42,085 bases of DNA, taken from assembly GCA_965364275.1 (NCBI GenBank), contig CBDTVT010000001.1, forward strand, positions 1 to 42,085, in the 5' to 3' direction. The notes beneath the pieces were generated by a model that saw only the letters and a program-made list of their open reading frames with translations, was not told where the DNA came from and did not search any database. The stretch's first letter is position 1. The number at the start of each line of letters is the position of its first letter. Position numbers and translations under genes: made by a program. This stretch comes from an uncultured Eudoraea sp. GTDB taxonomy: Bacteria > Bacteroidota > Bacteroidia > Flavobacteriales > Flavobacteriaceae. This document shows positions 1 through 8,978 of the stretch, in pieces.

Positions 1-160
1 GGGGAGAATACCTTATGCCACCCGGGTCGTTTCCGTAATTTCCCCATTGTCCGCTTGAATAAAAATCAACTTCTTTTTGAGCATAGGATTGAGTTTCTTT
101 TTGTGCGATCCCGTGTAAATATCCAAGAAGCAGGATACTGAGAAATGTCTGTTTTATCAT
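1..160 (-). CDS. 5' part (runs off window start) of a secreted PQQ-dependent dehydrogenase, glucose/quinate dehydrogenase-like
   Basis: Not in ORF track. Manual translation from ATG at 160: MIKQTFLSILLLGYLHGIAQKETQSYAQKEVDFYSSGQWGNYGNDPGGIRYSP, open to the edge. Signal peptide ending A|Q, then the W-x-x-YG-x-D-x-GG-x-RYSP N-terminal motif of PQQ beta-propeller dehydrogenases. Starts 13 nt after the stop of the upstream gene. Confidence 0.75.
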   Translation of the reverse strand, partial: MIKQTFLSILLLGYLHGIAQKETQSYAQKEVDFYSSGQWGNYGNDPGGIRYSP

Positions 161-173
161 TGCTTTTGTGTTT

Positions 174-881
174 TTAGTTAGGCTTAATCTCCTCATCAAT
201 TAATGCAAGTATTCCATCAATTTCATTTATTGCAGAAAGGTAAGTGTTGTCTTTTTCTTTCATAATCCTGATCAATAAAAACACAAGGTTTTGAAATTCG
301 TTGGAAAAGATAAGGTCTGGGTCAACGACTTCAGCGGTAATAAAATTTACGGCTGAAGTTATATTGGGGGCAGCGAAGTTCATCATCACATCGTAATGAA
401 TATTCTCCATTCTGTTAATATAATTATAGCTTTCTTCCAACCATCTAACTCTGTTAATGATCATTTGGTTTCGAAGCAACTGTATTTCGCCGCTATTTAC
501 CATAGTCTCATAAATATTACCATCTCCTTCAAAATCTGAATAGTTGACAAGTTTTGTAGCTATAATCCCCAGGGTATCCATTTTGGTTTGGTCATTGGTC
601 AAAATGATATCTTTGGCATATTCAAACTGGACCATGTAGTTATTGTTATAAATCATCTGACCCTGAATTAGTTTTTTATCGCCAATAATTTCATCTCTGA
701 TATTCTCATAGGTTCTTATCTCTGCAATTTTTCTCTCCCTGTTTTCATTCCAGTTATCTGCCTGAAAAGCCAGGGTAATACCAATCATTACCAGTAAAAT
801 TTCACCAATGGCATATAACAGGTATTTTTTTACGTTGTTTTCTTGAATCAATTGCTGCCTAAAACCTTTAAATAATTTCAT
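174..881 (-). CDS. DUF6090-like membrane-anchored protein
   Basis: N-terminus FRQQLIQENNVKKYLLYAIGEILLVMIGITLAFQADNWNE matches the Flavobacteriaceae-expanded DUF6090 pattern; one TM helix followed by a helical domain. Confidence 0.75.
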   Translation of the reverse strand: MKLFKGFRQQLIQENNVKKYLLYAIGEILLVMIGITLAFQADNWNENRERKIAEIRTYENIRDEIIGDKKLIQGQMIYNNNYMVQFEYAKDIILTNDQTKMDTLGIIATKLVNYSDFEGDGNIYETMVNSGEIQLLRNQMIINRVRWLEESYNYINRMENIHYDVMMNFAAPNITSAVNFITAEVVDPDLIFSNEFQNLVFLLIRIMKEKDNTYLSAINEIDGILALIDEEIKPN

Positions 882-1181
882 TTTTTCTTCTAATTTTTCA
901 ACTGATCGGCAGGAAGCTAATCGTTATGAATTTACTAAAGTATTTTGTGGAACCAAAGTTTTATTGAGTGGTTTCTTTTAATAGCGGGAACAAAAAATGC
1001 TCGAAACTATTTAATGTTAAGGGGGATTATTTTTTTCTATTGATAAATAAAACAGTGTACTCGGACAATAAAAGCGGGACTTCATCCCCCATTGTTATGA
1101 TTATACCCTTAAAAGTTATATCCTAGCAACATATCCTTTCATTGAGATATACTTGTTAACCATAAAACTATTATAAAAAAC

Positions 1182-1685
1182 ATGAAAAAAATTATTCTCT
1201 TAGTCGCTGCTATTGTACTTCTGGCCAGTTGCCAGGAAAAAGTGAAGGAACCCGAGGCACCGATGCCGGATCCGAATATGGAAAAATTCCATAAGAACGT
1301 TGAAACCACTAAGGCTTTTTTGGGGGCATTTTCTAACAATGACTCCTTAAACTTCAGCTCTTATATTACTGAAGATTTTATCTGGTCACCTCCCAGTGTG
1401 GGTAGTGACTCCCTGCCCAGAGCTGACTATGAAGAGGCCATGAAAGGATTTATGAAAGCGTATGACAACAAAGAACTAACCGATGCTGAGTTTTTTGCAG
1501 GCCTGGATGACAATCAAAAGCCTAATGGAGATGTCAGAGCTTACGGGTTGTGGAAGTTTAACTTTGTTGAAACCGGTAAAAGCGGAAGACTAAAATGGTA
1601 CGCTGTCTACTTTTTTAATGAAGCAGGTAAAATTACACATCAGGCAGAATGGTATGATACCGCAGATCTGTATAAAGAACTTTAG
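1182..1685 (+). CDS. Lipoprotein with NTF2/SnoaL-like domain
   Basis: Lipobox LLASC after MKK and a hydrophobic stretch; TKAFLGAFSNND..YITEDFIW and YFFNEAGKITHQAEWYD fit an NTF2-like fold. Confidence 0.7.
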   Translation: MKKIILLVAAIVLLASCQEKVKEPEAPMPDPNMEKFHKNVETTKAFLGAFSNNDSLNFSSYITEDFIWSPPSVGSDSLPRADYEEAMKGFMKAYDNKELTDAEFFAGLDDNQKPNGDVRAYGLWKFNFVETGKSGRLKWYAVYFFNEAGKITHQAEWYDTADLYKEL

Positions 1686-1738
1686 GAATACATCCCATAT
1701 TCCATACACTTTAAGTGCCGGAGGATATTTTCTAATAG

Positions 1739-1770
1739 AAAATCCGACTTTTTATAAAAAGTCGGATTTT
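1739..1770. terminator. Bidirectional intrinsic terminator (perfect 32-bp palindrome)
   Basis: AAAATCCGACTTTTTA|TAAAAAGTCGGATTTT between convergent genes, with A/T tracts on both sides. Confidence 0.75.
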
Positions 1771-1816
1771 TAAATTTTATGATTCGTTCAGTTAATAAGG
1801 TCGAGTGGTCTGCCAA

Positions 1817-2149
1817 TTAAAGCGCAGATTCAATATCAATACCGGCTTCCAGTAAAAGATTAAAAATAAGTCGGTATTCATCCTCATTAAACTCTCCATC
1901 GGCGTTGGCCATCTCGCTCAACATTACTCCTAGTGCGGTTTTTTTATTGTCAGGCATGGCCTTTAGGACTTGCATACATTCCTTAGCGGTAATTTTCCTG
2001 GCTTCTTCTATGAGAACGCGGTCAAATTTTAGAATATCCATTAATTGGGCAAGGAAGTCAATTTCACGTTTATCAACTTTTCCGTCTACCAGAATAACCT
2101 CATCAATGGCTTTTACTATGGCTAATTTTTCAGCTAAATTAAATTTCAT
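1817..2149 (-). CDS. TerB-like (tellurite resistance / metal-binding helical) protein
   Basis: Two repeats of the TerB motif: VDGKVDKREIDFL and ADGEFNEDEYRLI; 110 aa. Confidence 0.75.
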   Translation of the reverse strand: MKFNLAEKLAIVKAIDEVILVDGKVDKREIDFLAQLMDILKFDRVLIEEARKITAKECMQVLKAMPDNKKTALGVMLSEMANADGEFNEDEYRLIFNLLLEAGIDIESAL

Positions 2150-2315
2150 TATTTCTTTTTATAAGAATTGATATGATGATTCTCTGTTAATGGATCATGA
2201 TATACAAGGTAATTAAAAAAAGTTATTTTCACATCCTTTTTAACTGCTTTCCGACAGGAAGCACAATTAAAAAAGGTTTTGTAACTTATCTAATATAAAC
2301 CCACAATAGTATAGT

Positions 2316-3692
2316 ATGTTAAAAAAGCTTACGATCCCTTGGCCTGCAACGATGCTTTGTATATTCCTTGTATTGAGCTGTAATAATCAGAAATCTGTTG
2401 AGGATAAAGATAATGGATCAAATGCTGATTCTGAGGCATCTCTTACGGATTCCGAATTGTTGGATATGGTTCAGCAGCAGACTTTTAATTATTTCTGGGA
2501 AGGTGCAGAACCGGTCTCAGGTCTTGCCAGGGAACGTTTTCATACAGACAATAACTACTCTAACCATTCAAAAGATATTATAACATCCGGTGGCTCCGGA
2601 TTTGGGTTGATGGCCATCCTTGTAGGCATTGAACGAGGTTTTATCAACAGGAAAGAAGCTATTGAACGGTATATAAAGATCGTCAGTTTTCTGGAAAAAG
2701 CAGACCGTTTTCATGGTGCCTGGCCACATTGGTTAAATCCAGATGGTACAGTCTATCCTTTTAGTCCCGCTGATAATGGGGGTGACCTGGTTGAAACTGC
2801 TTTTTTGGTGCAGGGTTTGCTTACGGTTAAGGAGTATCTGGATGAGTCTGAACCACAGGAAAAAGACCTGGCTGTGAGGATAATTAAACTTTGGGAAGAT
2901 GTTGAATGGGATTGGTATACCAGGGGAGGAGAGGAGGTGCTTTATTGGCATTGGAGCCCACAATTTGGATGGGAAATGAATTTCCCAATAGGGGGCTATA
3001 ATGAATGCCTTATTCTATATGTGCTGGCCGCTGCTTCGCCAACTCACGGAATTGATAAAAAGGTATATGATACCGGATGGGCCAGGTCAGGGGCTATTCT
3101 TGATGACACTACCTATTATGGACTGGAGACGGAATTAGATCATTATGAGTATAGTGATGAACCGGTAGGACCTTTGTTCTGGGCGCATTATTCTTATTTA
3201 GGATTGGATCCTAATGGCCTTCAAGACGCTTATGCAGACTATTGGAAATTAAATACCAATCACGCACTAATTCATTATAACTATTGTCTGGACAACCCAA
3301 AGGGATTTAAGGGTTATGGGGCGAATCAATGGGGGCTAACTTCAAGTTATTCAATAGACGGCTATTCAGGACACAACCCAACTAATGATCTGGGTGTTAT
3401 TTCGCCTACTGCTGCCTTATCTTCTATGCCATATACTCCGGAACAAAGTATAGCTTTTTTAAGACAACTGTATTCGGAACAGGATTCACTTATAGGAATA
3501 TATGGACCATATGATGCCTATAGTAATGAGTATAATTGGTATTTGCCCAGGTATCTGGCTATAGATCAGGGCCCTATTCCGGTAATGATAGAGAACTACA
3601 GATCCGGCCTGTTGTGGAATTTATTCATGAATAATAAAGCAGTGCAAAATGGCTTGAGGAAATTAAACTTCAGCAGTCCATATTTGCAATAA
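2316..3692 (+). CDS. GH144 endo-beta-1,2-glucanase-like lipoprotein ('glucoamylase family', DUF3131)
   Basis: Lipobox LVLSC; motifs SGLARER, GGSGFGLMA, RFHGAWPHW, DNGGDLVET, GGYNE, GPLFWAHYS, YLAIDQGPIPVMIENYRSGLLW characteristic of Bacteroidota GH144. Confidence 0.85.
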   Translation: MLKKLTIPWPATMLCIFLVLSCNNQKSVEDKDNGSNADSEASLTDSELLDMVQQQTFNYFWEGAEPVSGLARERFHTDNNYSNHSKDIITSGGSGFGLMAILVGIERGFINRKEAIERYIKIVSFLEKADRFHGAWPHWLNPDGTVYPFSPADNGGDLVETAFLVQGLLTVKEYLDESEPQEKDLAVRIIKLWEDVEWDWYTRGGEEVLYWHWSPQFGWEMNFPIGGYNECLILYVLAAASPTHGIDKKVYDTGWARSGAILDDTTYYGLETELDHYEYSDEPVGPLFWAHYSYLGLDPNGLQDAYADYWKLNTNHALIHYNYCLDNPKGFKGYGANQWGLTSSYSIDGYSGHNPTNDLGVISPTAALSSMPYTPEQSIAFLRQLYSEQDSLIGIYGPYDAYSNEYNWYLPRYLAIDQGPIPVMIENYRSGLLWNLFMNNKAVQNGLRKLNFSSPYLQ

Positions 3693-3704
3693 TATATTCG
3701 AATT

Positions 3705-4556
3705 ATGATACGAAGAACCCTTTTAATTCTGATGCTATTTTTGTTTATAGGTCTAAATTCAAATGCTCAAAGCATCACTGTACTATCTTATAACATTCGA
3801 TTAGATGTAGCTTCTGATAGCCTTAATCGTTGGGATAATAGAAAGGACTTTTTAATTGGTCAACTCAACTTTCATGAACCCGAGGTTTTTGGTATTCAGG
3901 AAGGATTACTGCATCAGTCGGAAGAAATAAAGAATGGTATGCCGGGGTATAACTATATTGGAAAAGGGAGAGAAGACGGACTCAAAAATGGTGAATTTTC
4001 CGCAATTTTTTATAATACGGAGAAGTTGGAATTACTGGAAGAAAACACCTTCTGGCTTTCCGAAACGCCTGAAATACCCTCAAAAGGATGGGATGCAGCC
4101 ATAAAACGGGTCTGCACTTACGGTTTATTTAAAACTAAAAGTGGAGGCCAAAACTTTTGGGTATTCAATACGCATTTTGACCATATTGGAGAGGAGGCCA
4201 GAAAGGAAAGTGTATTCTTAATCATTGAAAGAATAGAAGAATTAAATAAGCAGGGTTACCCGGTAATACTAACAGGCGACCTTAACCTGGAGCCGGATCA
4301 CCCGAGTATTTTATTGCTTTCCAGTGCCATGCAGGATAGCCATCTGCTTGCCGGGGTTAAGGCTTTTGGTCCTGAAGGAACATTTAACGGGTTTAATTTT
4401 TCAGAACCCATAACTAGAAGAATAGATTATATATTCCTATCCAAAACAGGGTTTCAGCTTCTTAAATATGCCATTTTGAGTGATTCGAAAGACTTGAGAT
4501 ATCCTTCAGATCATTTCCCTGTTTTCGCTAAATTATCGATTACCGAAACAGAATGA
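3705..4556 (+). CDS. Secreted endonuclease/exonuclease/phosphatase (EEP) family protein
   Basis: Signal peptide (SNA|Q); SYNIR, GIQE, NTHFDH, GDLN, RIDYIF, SDHFPV motifs. Confidence 0.9.
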   Translation: MIRRTLLILMLFLFIGLNSNAQSITVLSYNIRLDVASDSLNRWDNRKDFLIGQLNFHEPEVFGIQEGLLHQSEEIKNGMPGYNYIGKGREDGLKNGEFSAIFYNTEKLELLEENTFWLSETPEIPSKGWDAAIKRVCTYGLFKTKSGGQNFWVFNTHFDHIGEEARKESVFLIIERIEELNKQGYPVILTGDLNLEPDHPSILLLSSAMQDSHLLAGVKAFGPEGTFNGFNFSEPITRRIDYIFLSKTGFQLLKYAILSDSKDLRYPSDHFPVFAKLSITETE

Positions 4557-5277
4557 GGATGGCCCCTATGGCGGTTAAAATCAGGATCAATTTCCTGTAA
4601 AAACTTTCACGAATAATTTTAACCAAGCGTACACCAATAAATAGCCCTAATATGATTCCGGGGATCAGCTTTAAGTCTATCACCAATGTTTCCCAACTAA
4701 TAGTTTTCCAGACAAAAATGTGAAAAGGAAGTTTTATAGCATTTATAATTAGAAAAAGCCACGCCGCGGTGCCTATAAATACGTTTTTGGGAAGTCGCAT
4801 GGCCAAAAAATAAATATTTGAAAAAGCTCCGGCCAAATTTCCTATCATAGTGGTAATTCCTGCCATCACTCCCATAAATCCACCAAATGACCAATGTGAG
4901 GGGACAGATTTTGATTTGCGTAAATCCCACCAGTACATAAGCAATACGCTCACCAGAATAATGCCCGACATTCCAATTTTAAATGTCTTTTCGGGAAGGT
5001 TTTTTCCAATCAGAACCCCTATTAGCAATCCTAAAATCATCCAGGGTAGAAAGCGAAAAATATATTTCCATTGTGCGTGCCTGTTGTAATAAATTACGGC
5101 AAAAACATCACCAACCAAAAGTAAAGGTACAATGAGCCCAGTAGATTCCCTGGCTCCGAAGGCGAGGGCCATAAGGGTAACAATAATAATGGCGATACCT
5201 TTTAGTCCAGCTTTAGAAATCCCCAGAATTACCGAAGCAGAAAATGCCAATATCCAGGAGGTGGTGGTAATTTCCAA
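4540..5277 (-). CDS. Sulfite exporter TauE/SafE family membrane protein
   Basis: About 8 hydrophobic segments, GISKAGLKG N-terminal motif and internal two-fold repeat; overlaps the 3' end of the EEP gene by 17 bp. Confidence 0.8.
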   Translation of the reverse strand: MEITTTSWILAFSASVILGISKAGLKGIAIIIVTLMALAFGARESTGLIVPLLLVGDVFAVIYYNRHAQWKYIFRFLPWMILGLLIGVLIGKNLPEKTFKIGMSGIILVSVLLMYWWDLRKSKSVPSHWSFGGFMGVMAGITTMIGNLAGAFSNIYFLAMRLPKNVFIGTAAWLFLIINAIKLPFHIFVWKTISWETLVIDLKLIPGIILGLFIGVRLVKIIRESFYRKLILILTAIGAILILFR

Positions 5278-5319
5278 TATAAGAGGTTAAAGAGATTAAT
5301 AGGTTTTAAGAACAAAAAA

Positions 5320-5327
5320 CAAATGTA
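5320..5327 (-). promoter_or_regulatory. Bacteroidota -7 promoter box for the tauE-like gene
   Basis: TACATTTG on the minus strand (consensus TAnnTTTG) about 40 nt upstream of the ATG. Confidence 0.5.
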
Positions 5328-5369
5328 TCCTAAAAAATAATATCTTTATGCCCCGACCAAAACCAAACT

Positions 5370-7181
5370 ATGGAACTAAGCACTCTAGACTATTCGTTTA
5401 TAATTGTATTTTTCTCAATTGTTCTTCTTATCGGAATTCTTGTTTCTAAAAAATCAGGCAAGAATACCTCAGAATTTTTCTTATCCGGAAGGACTATGCC
5501 CTGGTGGTTATTGGGACTCTCTATGGTGGCAACCACATTTTCTACAGATACTCCAAACCTGGTGACCGATATTGTAAGGACGAACGGAGTTTCAGGAAAT
5601 TGGGTTTGGTGGGCCTTTCTTATTACCGGTCTGTTAACAGTATTTGTTTATGCCAAACTTTGGAGAAAATCTAATGTAAATACGGATCTCGAATTTTATG
5701 AACTGCGTTATGGCGGCGCTCCGGCAAGATTTTTAAGAAAGTTTCGCGCTATTTACCTCGGGGTTATTTTTAATGTAATCACGATGTCTGCGGTTACCCT
5801 GGCAGCCATTAAAATTGGGGGAATAATGCTTGGGTTGGAACCCTGGCAGACTGTAATAAGTGCCGGATTAATTACGGTAACTTTTAGTGCATTAGGTGGA
5901 TTTAAAGGCGTTGTTTATACAGATTTCTTATTGTTTTTTGTTGCAATGGGAGGCGCAATCGGGGCGGCATATTATTTAGTGAATTTACCCGAAGTTGGAG
6001 GAATACAAGCACTTATGGCCAATGAAAATGTGGCAGACAAACTCTCTATTCTGCCAGATTTCAGCGACAAGCAGGCTTTGATCACACTTTTTATTATACC
6101 TCTAGCGGTTCAATGGTGGAGTTCATGGTACCCGGGAGCGGAACCTGGTGGTGGAGGTTATATTGCGCAAAGAATGCTGGCGGCAAAGAACGAAAATCAT
6201 GCTATTGGAGCTACCTTTTTCTTTAATATTATGCATTATGCCTTAAGGCCATGGCCATGGATATTGGTAGCCCTGGCTTCTTTGGTTATATATCCGGATA
6301 TAGCCAGTATTCACGAGGCATTTCCAAACGTCGCAGATGATAAATTAGGACATGATTTGGCATATTCCGCCATGCTTACCAAATTGCCGAGCGGGCTTCT
6401 GGGTTTGGTTTTGGCATCGTTAATAGCCGCATATATGAGTACAATTTCTACCCAGCTAAACTGGGGATCTTCTTATATAGTTTATGATTTTTACAAACAG
6501 CAGATCAACCCCAAGGCTTCAGAAAAAAAGTTAGTGGCGGTTGGGCGTTTGTCTACTGTTGGCCTTATGGTGCTTAGTGCTCTTCTTGCATTGCTTTTAC
6601 AAAATGCTCTTCAATTGTTTGAAGTACTACTCGTTTTTGGTGCTGGCACCGGTTTAATATTTATTTTAAGATGGTTTTGGTGGCGTATTAATGCCTGGAG
6701 TGAGATTACCGCTATGTTTGCCTCAGGAATTATATCTATAGTTCTTAAACTAACCGCCGTGGGGCCATTCCTATTTGCAACAGACACTGGTGTTTTTCCA
6801 GACTGGACGGAGTATCCCTTTGTTGTTCTGGTTACCACGATCATTTGGTTGGCTGCTACGTTTATAACCCAACCGGAATCTAAAACAGTTTTAAGGGACT
6901 TCTATATAAAAATTCAACCAGGAGGGCCTGGCTGGAGAAAGGTTACTAAAGATGCAAATGCAGATGGGGTTGTAATTTCTGACCCTAATGAGAAGTGGAG
7001 TGTTCCACAGGGAATATCAGCAATGGTTTTAGGCTGTGTGCTTATTTATACCTGTATGTTTGCTACTGGATATTGGATTTATGGGGATACAAAACTGGCC
7101 ATCATATTAACCGTAATAGCAATTGTTTCGGGGGTTTTATTAGCAAGAGTCTGGAATCGGATGAAAGAAAATATATTGTAG
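5370..7181 (+). CDS. Sodium:solute symporter (SSS) family protein
   Basis: EFFLSGRTMPWWLLGLSMVATTFS, GGFKGVVYTD, YIAQRMLAAK, AAYMSTISTQLN motifs; many TM helices. Confidence 0.92.
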   Translation: MELSTLDYSFIIVFFSIVLLIGILVSKKSGKNTSEFFLSGRTMPWWLLGLSMVATTFSTDTPNLVTDIVRTNGVSGNWVWWAFLITGLLTVFVYAKLWRKSNVNTDLEFYELRYGGAPARFLRKFRAIYLGVIFNVITMSAVTLAAIKIGGIMLGLEPWQTVISAGLITVTFSALGGFKGVVYTDFLLFFVAMGGAIGAAYYLVNLPEVGGIQALMANENVADKLSILPDFSDKQALITLFIIPLAVQWWSSWYPGAEPGGGGYIAQRMLAAKNENHAIGATFFFNIMHYALRPWPWILVALASLVIYPDIASIHEAFPNVADDKLGHDLAYSAMLTKLPSGLLGLVLASLIAAYMSTISTQLNWGSSYIVYDFYKQQINPKASEKKLVAVGRLSTVGLMVLSALLALLLQNALQLFEVLLVFGAGTGLIFILRWFWWRINAWSEITAMFASGIISIVLKLTAVGPFLFATDTGVFPDWTEYPFVVLVTTIIWLAATFITQPESKTVLRDFYIKIQPGGPGWRKVTKDANADGVVISDPNEKWSVPQGISAMVLGCVLIYTCMFATGYWIYGDTKLAIILTVIAIVSGVLLARVWNRMKENIL

Positions 7182-7185
7182 TTCT

Positions 7186-8274
7186 ATGAAAGAAAGAATT
7201 ATATCTGTTGATATTTTTCGTGGCCTTACCATAGTACTAATGATTTTGGTAAACACACCAGGCACATGGTCGAATGTTTATGGGCCTTTTTTGCATTCCA
7301 ATTGGCACGGATATACACCAACGGATCTTGTATTTCCATTTTTCCTTTTTATAGTAGGAACCTCAATAGCTTTTTCTTACAATAACAAAAAGGCTACGAA
7401 GGCTATCTACAAGAAAATTACGGTAAGAGCTTTAAAGTTAATAGGTTTAGGCCTTTTTTTGGGAGCATTTACAATACATTTTCCTTTTTTTAAGGATTTT
7501 GAAAGTATCCGGTTTCCGGGTGTTTTGCAACGAATTGGGGTAGTATTCTTTTTTACGGCAATTTTGTTCATAAATTTTAACTGGAGAGTACTTCTTGGAA
7601 TTTGCATAACAATATTAATTGGGTATTGGATATGGATGGGTTTTATTCCTGTTAATGGCATGGCGCCAACTTTAGAAAGGGCAGCCAATAACTGGGCTAG
7701 CTATATTGACCTCAATGTATTAGGAACCCATATGTACAAGGAAGACTATGATCCCGAAGGATTATTAAGTACGCTGCCTTCTATAGCAACTTCTTTGATG
7801 GGCACATTTACGGGTTTGATACTCTTGTCTAAAAGAACTAACAAGGAAATTTTACTATTTGTACTAGGGGTGGCTCTTGTTCTGGCTGGACATCTTTGGG
7901 ATCTTGTATTCCCAATTAACAAGGCTCTTTGGACCAGCAGCTTTGTATTAGTCACCGCGGGATGGGCTAATATTTTGCTGGCTTTTATTTATTATATGAC
8001 GGACGTAAAAGGAATTAAATTTGGGAGTGTTTTCCGTTACGCTGGCTCAAATGCAATTACGGTGTATTTTTTATCAAGCTTTGTGACTAAAATATTCTAT
8101 TCCGTTAAAATAGATGAACAAACCACACTTCATCAGTGGTTGTTTAAGAAGATATACCTTCACGATTTCATGTCTGCTGAGTTATCTTCGCTCCTGTATG
8201 GATTAACAGTTGTTTCGTTTTATTTACTATTAGCTTATGTAATGTACAGGCGCAAAATATTCATTAAGGTATAA
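7186..8274 (+). CDS. Heparan-alpha-glucosaminide N-acetyltransferase-like (NagX/DUF5009-type) membrane acyltransferase
   Basis: RIISVDIFRGLTIVLMILVN, HSNWHG..TDLVFPFFLFIVG, GVLQRIG, DPEGLLSTLP, PINKALWTSSFVL motifs. Confidence 0.85.
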   Translation: MKERIISVDIFRGLTIVLMILVNTPGTWSNVYGPFLHSNWHGYTPTDLVFPFFLFIVGTSIAFSYNNKKATKAIYKKITVRALKLIGLGLFLGAFTIHFPFFKDFESIRFPGVLQRIGVVFFFTAILFINFNWRVLLGICITILIGYWIWMGFIPVNGMAPTLERAANNWASYIDLNVLGTHMYKEDYDPEGLLSTLPSIATSLMGTFTGLILLSKRTNKEILLFVLGVALVLAGHLWDLVFPINKALWTSSFVLVTAGWANILLAFIYYMTDVKGIKFGSVFRYAGSNAITVYFLSSFVTKIFYSVKIDEQTTLHQWLFKKIYLHDFMSAELSSLLYGLTVVSFYLLLAYVMYRRKIFIKV

Positions 8275-8329
8275 AGTAAGTTGCTGGCATACCCTCAATA
8301 CTGGCTAATTTAGGACTAAGATATGGCAT

Positions 8330-8920
8330 TCATGACTGCAATTCCAGATACCTGGCAACGTACTTTCCAATAACATCGAACTCCAGATTCACCAAAGTGC
8401 CAATTTCATATTCCTTAAACCGGGTATTTTCATAAGTATAGGGAATAATTGCTACACTAAAGGCATTCTTTTCAGAATTAACGACCGTTAAGCTAACTCC
8501 GTCTACTGTAATGGATCCCTTTTCAATGGTTATATTATTGCGCTTCGGATCGTATTCGAAAGTAAACATCCAACTACCATCAATTCTGGTTATTTTTCTA
8601 CAAATAGCCGTTTGGTCTACATGGCCTTGAACCAGGTGTCCGTCTAGTCTCGAGCCCATAACCATGGCTCGTTCCAGGTTAACCACCTGCCCCTCTTTTA
8701 GTTCTGAGAGGTTTGTCTTTTGCAGAGTCTCATCAATAGCTGTAACTGTATAATAAGAGGTTTCTTTTTCAACAACCGTCAGGCATACCCCATTGTGTGA
8801 TATGCTTTGGTCTATTTTCAATTTGTCCGTTATTAGCGAACTAACCGTTATATGAAGATTACTACCTTCTTTTCGCAATCTGTGTATTTTGCCTAAAGTT
8901 TCAATTATTCCTGTAAACAT
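8330..8920 (-). CDS. ribE: Riboflavin synthase (alpha chain)
   Basis: Canonical MFTGIIE start at 8920 (the longer ORF-track start overlaps pdxA); SISHNGVCLTV, VNLERA, GHLVQGHVD, GSITVDGVSLTV. Confidence 0.95.
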   Translation of the reverse strand: MFTGIIETLGKIHRLRKEGSNLHITVSSLITDKLKIDQSISHNGVCLTVVEKETSYYTVTAIDETLQKTNLSELKEGQVVNLERAMVMGSRLDGHLVQGHVDQTAICRKITRIDGSWMFTFEYDPKRNNITIEKGSITVDGVSLTVVNSEKNAFSVAIIPYTYENTRFKEYEIGTLVNLEFDVIGKYVARYLELQS

Positions 8921-8937
8921 GTATCGTTTAAAATAAG

Positions 8938-8945
8938 TAGTTTTG
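8938..8945 (+). promoter_or_regulatory. Bacteroidota -7 promoter box for pdxA
   Basis: TAGTTTTG (TAnnTTTG) in the 58-bp divergent gap, 33 nt before the ATG. Confidence 0.5.
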
Positions 8946-8978
8946 CTCTGTAAAAGTAGAAATAAAGAGTTTGATAAC

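Noticed and set aside
13..84. 23-aa minus-strand ORF MLKKKLIFIQADNGEITETTRVA
   Set aside because: Out-of-frame overlap inside the better supported PQQ dehydrogenase N-terminus.
4540..4556. Convergent 3' overlap (EEP/tauE) and near-abutting convergent stops (FAH/arfB, recJ/lpxH, SDR/addB) as antisense regulation
   Set aside because: Common in compact Flavobacteriaceae genomes; nothing in the sequence supports a regulatory role.
7161..7195. 10-bp direct repeat ATGAAAGAAA at the SSS 3' end and the next start codon
   Set aside because: Short and A-rich; no element lies between the copies, so chance is sufficient.
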